A stretch of DNA of 64,000 nt from Lama glama (Eukaryota), in NCBI GenBank assembly GCA_028534125.1, contig CM052828.1, forward strand, positions 60,884,001 to 60,948,000. The letters run 5' to 3'. Positions 61,501 through 64,000 of this stretch are shown here, piece after piece. How positions within the stretch are numbered: position 1 is the first letter of the stretch; the number at the start of each line of letters is the position of its first letter. A program made the translations under genes and the position numbers. The notes beneath the pieces were generated by a model. It saw only the letters and a program-made list of their open reading frames with translations, searched no databases and was not told the origin of the DNA.

Positions 61501-63013
61501 GTAGGCGTGTATGGCCAGCTGCCCAGCGTCGGGACTCCTGGTGACCCCCACCAGTGTCCATCTGCACTTCCCATGCTGGCCGCTGCCCATGTGCCCGAAG
61601 CAGGAGAGGTGGGTGATTTGTGGCTGGAAGCCTGCAGTCCCTGCTTCCTGCACAGACACCACCCCTCCCTGGGCGCTGGGCCTGGAGCAGGGGCTCGTGG
61701 GGGCTTTGGGGGAGCCTGCGGGGCTGCTGGCCTCTGCCGGCCTCTGCTGGCCTCTGCGGTGATGCGGACAGGGGCTCAGGGCTCTGTGGGCTCAGAGGGA
61801 ACCTGGTCCCAGCTCCCTTTCCTGTGAAGACAGAGACGTCTTCCTGATGCCCCTCCCACACAGGCTTTTCAGAATGGTCGGCCTCGGGAGCTGGCCTGCT
61901 GGACATCTGCCCCTTTGCGCCCCGACTGTGCTTGTCTGCTGTGGTTCCCTCACACCCTCAGGGAAAAGCGTGCCTCCAGCCACTCCAAGTGTCACTCATA
62001 ACTGGGTGTGAGGGTCTGCTGACTCCCGAGTCCACTCGCTCGCCTCTGGTCGAAGTGCCACTTGACCCCAAGTGGTGGCCGGGACCCAGCACCCCAGGCG
62101 TGTGTCTCTGGCCTCTTACTTCCTTACTGGCCTCTGCTGTGTTCGCCCAGAATTGGGGGCTCGCCGTCTCCCACCTCCCCATGGTGTGCCTGCAGCCGCC
62201 TCTTGGGGATCAGGGCAGTAGACACACTAGTGCAGGGACGTTGCATGTCTCCTGAAGCCTAGACGAAGCCCTTCCCTGGTCCGCTGGCCCAGCAGAGGTG
62301 GCTGGCGCTCGTGCAGGCTGCCTCCAGGGCCAGGCACCCTGGGCTGGCCTCCCAGCCTCACCCTGCGGCCCAAGGAAGCTCAGATGTGTGACTGGCATCA
62401 GGGCTGTCCCTACCTAGCCCATCGAGGGCCAGGATTGGGCCGGCCAGGAGCCCTCAGCAAGTCCTGTGTCATGTCGTGTAAGGAACTGTCCTCCGGCCCA
62501 GCCAGTGGCTGCTGAGCATTGCAGGTGTTGATTGAAAACGCCTTGCTCTCTTGGTTTGCCCAACACAGATGGGTGTTGGAGGCCCTCAGGCCCCCTGGGA
62601 CCAGCAGACAGGGGCCTGGTGGGAGTTCTCCCCCAGGAAGCAGCAGAGCCCACAGGTCACGCGTACACTGTCCAGAGAGGGCTGGGCTTCGTCTCTGGTG
62701 ATGGAGGCAGGTGCTCTGGCCTGGCCCCTAGGCAGTTTGCACAGCTGAAGCTGAAGTCTGCAGGTGTCCTGCGAGTCCCTCCACACCACTTCCCCCAGCG
62801 GCACGTTGTGGGTGGCAGGGACTTCCATACGCCACCCTCGACCTTGAGGCTCAACCTTCAGGGGGTCCTCACGGAGCCTGTTCCTCGCTAGGCTGGAGCA
62901 GAACGTCTCACCCGTCAGAGGCCCCTGAGGACAACAACGGCTGGTCCAGCGCGGAGGAGCCCATTAACTCCTCAGACGCGGAGGAAGAAGGCGGAGTGGG
63001 CCTCCGGAAGCTG
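13288..63013 (+). CDS. MCF2L: MCF2L (Dbs/Ost) Rho guanine nucleotide exchange factor; spliced multi-exon CDS, 3' end (SH3, stop) beyond the window
   Basis: Spliced peptides match MCF2L: [94 protein letters not shown]. Exon phases chain; first exon plus 26 exons = 3072 nt with no stop. Confidence 0.98.
16720..16880 (+). mobile_element. MIR SINE
   Basis: CTGTGTGGCCTCAGGCAGGTTACTCGGCCTCTCTGTGCCGTAGTTTGCTC..AATGGAATAAT core. Confidence 0.75.
22738..22821 (+). CDS. MCF2L: MCF2L common exon 2 ([29 protein letters not shown])
   Basis: cccacag acceptor, G|GTGAGT donor, 84 nt, phase 1-1. Confidence 0.97.
25293..25407 (+). CDS. MCF2L: MCF2L exon 3 (Sec14; [38 protein letters not shown])
   Basis: ccccag acceptor, AG|GTGCGT donor, 115 nt. 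Confidence 0.97.
27300..27470 (+). mobile_element. L2 fragment
   Basis: GCCTCAGGGCCTTTGCACTTGCT hallmark motif. Confidence 0.55.
29415..29810 (-). mobile_element. Ancient L1 (L1MA/L1MB-type) 3' UTR fragment, antisense
   Basis: Motifs TAAGTGTGCAGTTCAGTGG, CTGAAACTCTGT, CTACTTTCCGTCTCTGAAT, GTCCTCAAGGTCCATCCGTGTTGTAGC follow the L1M 3' consensus in order. Confidence 0.85.
30192..30317 (+). mobile_element. tRNA-derived SINE resembling camelid Vic-1
   Basis: GGGGAGGG..GCTCAGCGGTGGAGCGCACGCTCAGCACACGCGAGGCCCTGGGCTCG..CCTCCTCTAAAAAA..ATAAACAAA..TTACCACCCCCCAA matches the remembered Vic-1 layout (A/B boxes, A-rich middle, TTACC-C-run tail). Confidence 0.8.
32040..32215 (+). mobile_element. MIR SINE
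   Basis: GCTGTGTGACTCTGGGCAAATGACTTAACCTCTCTGTGCC core. Confidence 0.75.
33842..33932 (+). CDS. MCF2L: MCF2L exon 4 ([30 protein letters not shown])
   Basis: CTAAC branch point, tttcag acceptor, GTAAGT donor, 91 nt. Confidence 0.97.
34160..34283. repeat. Degenerate (TG/CA/CG)n alternating purine-pyrimidine tract
   Basis: GACACGTGTATGTGTGCGCACGCGCATGTG...GTGTGTGCACACATG seen directly. Confidence 0.7.
36290..36460 (-). mobile_element. L2 3' end fragment
   Basis: ATTCAGCACATTTGTTGAGGCCCTACTGTGTGCC. Confidence 0.55.
36554..36837. repeat. Minisatellite, 40-bp unit GGGGACAGAGCTGCCACCTCGTCCGTGGGCARGGGAGCTG (~4.6 visible copies), running into a 100-N gap (36738-36837)
   Basis: Exact 40-nt periodicity seen directly. 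Confidence 0.95.
40534..40902 (-). mobile_element. MaLR solo LTR (MLT1-type)
   Basis: TGTCTTAGCTTCCTGGGCTGCC start, TCTCACAG..GTCCGAGATCCAGGTG, ATAAGGATGCAGTCA, TGAAGACCCT, AATTTGGGGAGAC...CCGTAACA end. Confidence 0.75.
41165..41284 (+). CDS. MCF2L: MCF2L exon 5 ([40 protein letters not shown])
   Basis: ccgcag acceptor, GTAAGT donor, 120 nt. Confidence 0.97.
43196..43312 (+). CDS. MCF2L: MCF2L exon 6 ([39 protein letters not shown])
   Basis: ctcag acceptor, GTGAGT donor, 117 nt. Confidence 0.97.
43724..43873 (+). CDS. MCF2L: MCF2L exon 7 ([50 protein letters not shown])
   Basis: Rare ccccccGAG acceptor, AAG|GTGCGC donor, 150 nt. Confidence 0.93.
44671..44795 (+). CDS. MCF2L: MCF2L exon 8 ([19 protein letters not shown]...QTTVQR)
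   Basis: cctgcag acceptor, GTGGGT donor, 125 nt. Confidence 0.96.
45181..45295 (+). CDS. MCF2L: MCF2L exon 9 ([38 protein letters not shown])
   Basis: ctcccag acceptor, GTGAGT donor, 115 nt. Confidence 0.97.
46125..48160 (-). mobile_element. Ancient L1 (L1MC-like) fragment: 3' UTR plus degraded ORF2, antisense
   Basis: Minus-strand peptides resemble ORF2 ([15 protein letters not shown] vs LKFIWNQKRARIAKS; [11 protein letters not shown] vs KIFATYSSDKG); 3' UTR motifs CCCTTCACCCAGTTCCCCCAATGG and AATGGAATCACACAG. Confidence 0.85.
48279..48398 (+). CDS. MCF2L: MCF2L exon 10 (spectrin-like; [40 protein letters not shown])
   Basis: tctcag acceptor, GTAAGG donor, 120 nt. Confidence 0.96.
48599..48790 (+). 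CDS. MCF2L: MCF2L exon 11 ([34 protein letters not shown]...LLEA)
   Basis: ccgcag acceptor, GTAGGC donor, 192 nt. Confidence 0.96.
49207..49398 (+). CDS. MCF2L: MCF2L exon 12 ([36 protein letters not shown]...PELR)
   Basis: ctccag acceptor, GTAGGG donor, 192 nt. Confidence 0.97.
49844..50003 (+). CDS. MCF2L: MCF2L exon 13 ([43 protein letters not shown]...SP)
   Basis: ccccag acceptor, GTACCT donor, 160 nt. Confidence 0.96.
50668..50741 (+). CDS. MCF2L: MCF2L exon 14 ([25 protein letters not shown])
   Basis: accag acceptor, GTGAGG donor, 74 nt. Confidence 0.95.
50920..50996 (+). CDS. MCF2L: MCF2L exon 15 ([26 protein letters not shown])
   Basis: ccccag acceptor, GTGGGT donor, 77 nt. Confidence 0.95.
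51717..51862. repeat. Tandem repeat of alternating 34- and 39-bp related units (2 x 73 bp)
   Basis: Units at 51717-51750, 51751-51789, 51790-51823 and 51824-51862 share the CCACACTGCCCGGCCCTC core. Confidence 0.9.
52338..52404 (+). CDS. MCF2L: MCF2L exon 16 (start of DH domain; [22 protein letters not shown])
   Basis: ccacag acceptor, GTGAGT donor, 67 nt; DH CR1 motif. Confidence 0.97.
53023..53138 (+). CDS. MCF2L: MCF2L exon 17 (DH; [39 protein letters not shown])
   Basis: ccgcag acceptor, GTGGGG donor, 116 nt. Confidence 0.97.
53966..54035 (+). CDS. MCF2L: MCF2L exon 18 (DH; [23 protein letters not shown])
   Basis: CTAAC branch point at 53942, tctag acceptor, GTATGT donor, 70 nt. Confidence 0.96.
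54550..54730. mobile_element. MER5A-like hAT-Charlie MITE
   Basis: CAGTGGTT...CAGCATCAGCACCTCCTGGGA...GACCTGCTGA...TGATGCACG..AAGTGTGAG follows the MER5A layout. Confidence 0.7.
55024..55116 (+). CDS. MCF2L: MCF2L exon 19 (DH; [31 protein letters not shown])
   Basis: gtgcag acceptor, GTGTGT donor, 93 nt. Confidence 0.97.
55214..55306 (+). CDS. MCF2L: MCF2L exon 20 (DH CR3; [31 protein letters not shown])
   Basis: ttgcag acceptor, GTGAGA donor, 93 nt. Confidence 0.98.
56020..56145 (+). CDS. MCF2L: MCF2L exon 21 (end of DH; [42 protein letters not shown])
   Basis: ccgcag acceptor, GTGAGG donor, 126 nt. Confidence 0.97.
56505..56825 (-). mobile_element. L1MC1-like 3' end fragment, antisense
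   Basis: GTTTTAGGTTCACAGCAGAACTGAGGCGAAAGTACAG and GTTCTGTGGGCCTGGACAGA...CCACCACTGCAGT match the remembered L1MC 3' end. Confidence 0.75.
56903..57124 (+). CDS. MCF2L: MCF2L exon 22 (PH; [23 protein letters not shown]...SYSYKQSLN)
   Basis: cccag acceptor, GTGAGT donor, 222 nt. Confidence 0.97.
57284..57376 (+). CDS. MCF2L: MCF2L exon 23 (PH; [31 protein letters not shown])
   Basis: tcccag acceptor, GTAGGC donor, 93 nt. Confidence 0.97.
57475..57553 (+). CDS. MCF2L: MCF2L exon 24 (end of PH; [26 protein letters not shown])
   Basis: cacag acceptor, GTGCGG donor, 79 nt. Confidence 0.96.
57719..57785 (+). CDS. MCF2L: MCF2L exon 25 ([23 protein letters not shown])
   Basis: ccgcag acceptor, AG|GTGAGG donor, 67 nt, ends in phase 2. 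Confidence 0.95.
58604..58722 (+). CDS. MCF2L: MCF2L exon 26 ([39 protein letters not shown])
   Basis: ACTAAT branch point near 58553, ctcag acceptor, GTGGGT donor, 119 nt. Confidence 0.95.
58870..58962 (+). CDS. MCF2L: MCF2L cassette exon 26a ([31 protein letters not shown])
   Basis: ctcttcctctag acceptor, G|GTAAAG donor, 93 nt, symmetric phase 1-1; resembles a remembered human alternative segment ([24 protein letters not shown]). Confidence 0.88.
59560..59580 (+). repeat. Genomic poly(A)21 run, preceded by T10 at 59519-59528
   Basis: Direct count. Confidence 0.9.
59897..59971 (+). CDS. MCF2L: MCF2L cassette exon 26b ([25 protein letters not shown])
   Basis: Long pyrimidine tract plus ctgcag acceptor, G|GTAGAG donor, 75 nt, phase 1-1; resembles remembered human [25 protein letters not shown]. 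Confidence 0.9.
62892..63013 (+). CDS. MCF2L: MCF2L exon 27 ([41 protein letters not shown]), just before SH3
   Basis: cgctag acceptor, GTAACC donor, 122 nt. Confidence 0.95.
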
Positions 63014-63764
63014 GTAACCTTGCCTCCCACTGGCCGTCAGTGGCACTGCTGGGCCCAGGGCAGGGGGCAGGGGTGTCCAGAGCTGCACCGTGGGGCCATG
63101 GCGCCCAGGGTCGCCGGGAGGGACTTCAGGTGCCGGGCCCCGGTGGCTGTCCCATTAGCACCATCGGACCACCTCACGGCAGGAGCAGAGCACACCTCTG
63201 ATTGGCCCTTCAGATGAGCTTTCTTAAAGCCGTGTGTGCACCTTGATCTCACTTTTAGGGGAACTGCTCTGTCTGAGGCGTGGATTTGCACTCTCAACCA
63301 AGTCCTATTTTAGCACGAGCAGCAGAGAGAAGCTATTTACCTGTTAAGTCACCAGAGTCAGGGTTGTACCAACAGTTACTTGCTGCCCACTGGGTGCAGC
63401 CCTGGTTCACACCTGGTATGTCACAGCAAACAAAGCACCCAGAGGTGGAAGGGCAGACACAGGGAAGGGGAGCAACAGTCTCAGGTGGCCATGGTGGCCT
63501 TTGCCGAGGAGGACCGGCAGCGAGAAGAGCTGGCCAGGGCACTGGGGTGGGGGGGTTGGTACTCAGCAGGGGAAACCTAGGCTGGCGGGCAGGAAGGCCA
63601 GGCAGGCCCTGGTGGGTTTGTGTTCTGCTCTCGGTGTAGTTCGGGGCCAGCTGGGGCCAGTGCAGGGCATCGAGAGAAGGTGCGGCCACTCTGTGAAGCC
63701 AATGGACGCTGGCCTGGCTCTCTGGCTCCAGGAGCACCCAGGCATGTGTCCACACTGCACCCCA

Positions 63765-63995
63765 GCTCCATCCACAACACGTGGGGCACCTGCTGTGTGA
63801 GGCACTGAGTGGCCTTTAAGACAGAACAGAAGACAAAGTGAACAAGACTCTTCCCTCACATAAGGCAAAAAACTTGAAAAGGGCAGAACATGCTGGGTGA
63901 GGACAGAGGCCAAGGAGGGAGGAGTGATCCAGGAAGAGGGAAGAGTGTGCCAAGGCCCTGGGGCTGTTTGGAGCTTCTGGAGTGCAGGAGCCGCA
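63765..63995 (-). mobile_element. L2 fragment
   Basis: GGGCACCTGCTGTGTGAGGCACTG..GTGAACAAGAC..CCAGGAAGAGGGAAGAGTGTGCCAAGGCCCTG. Confidence 0.55.
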
Positions 63996-64000
63996 TGTTG

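Overview
GC- and CpG-rich mammalian genomic DNA containing most of MCF2L (Dbs/Ost, a Dbl-family RhoA/Cdc42 GEF) on the + strand. I traced 26 constitutive coding exons from 22738 to 63013 (Sec14/CRAL-TRIO, spectrin-like repeats, DH, PH and part of the C-terminal linker). All have GT donors, all have AG acceptors (one is a rare GAG), and the phases chain. Joined to the first exon at 13288-13360 they give 3072 nt, or 1024 uninterrupted codons; the SH3 exons and stop codon lie beyond the window. There are two in-frame cassette exons (93 and 75 nt) and at least two phase-1 alternative first exons. A Vic-1-like tRNA SINE points to a camelid genome. Old L1, MIR, L2, MLT1 and MER5A copies carry strikingly AT-to-GC-biased substitutions. 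Two minisatellites coincide with assembly gaps. No new gene system is evident, and the other long ORFs are GC-content artefacts. The most interesting unexplained structure is a compact splicing module after the PH domain (58200-59971) with candidate SH3-less terminal exons, overlapping poly(A) signals, frame-preserving introns and YCAY/TGCATG clusters. Repeat-family and orthologue comparisons are from remembered consensus sequences, not database searches.
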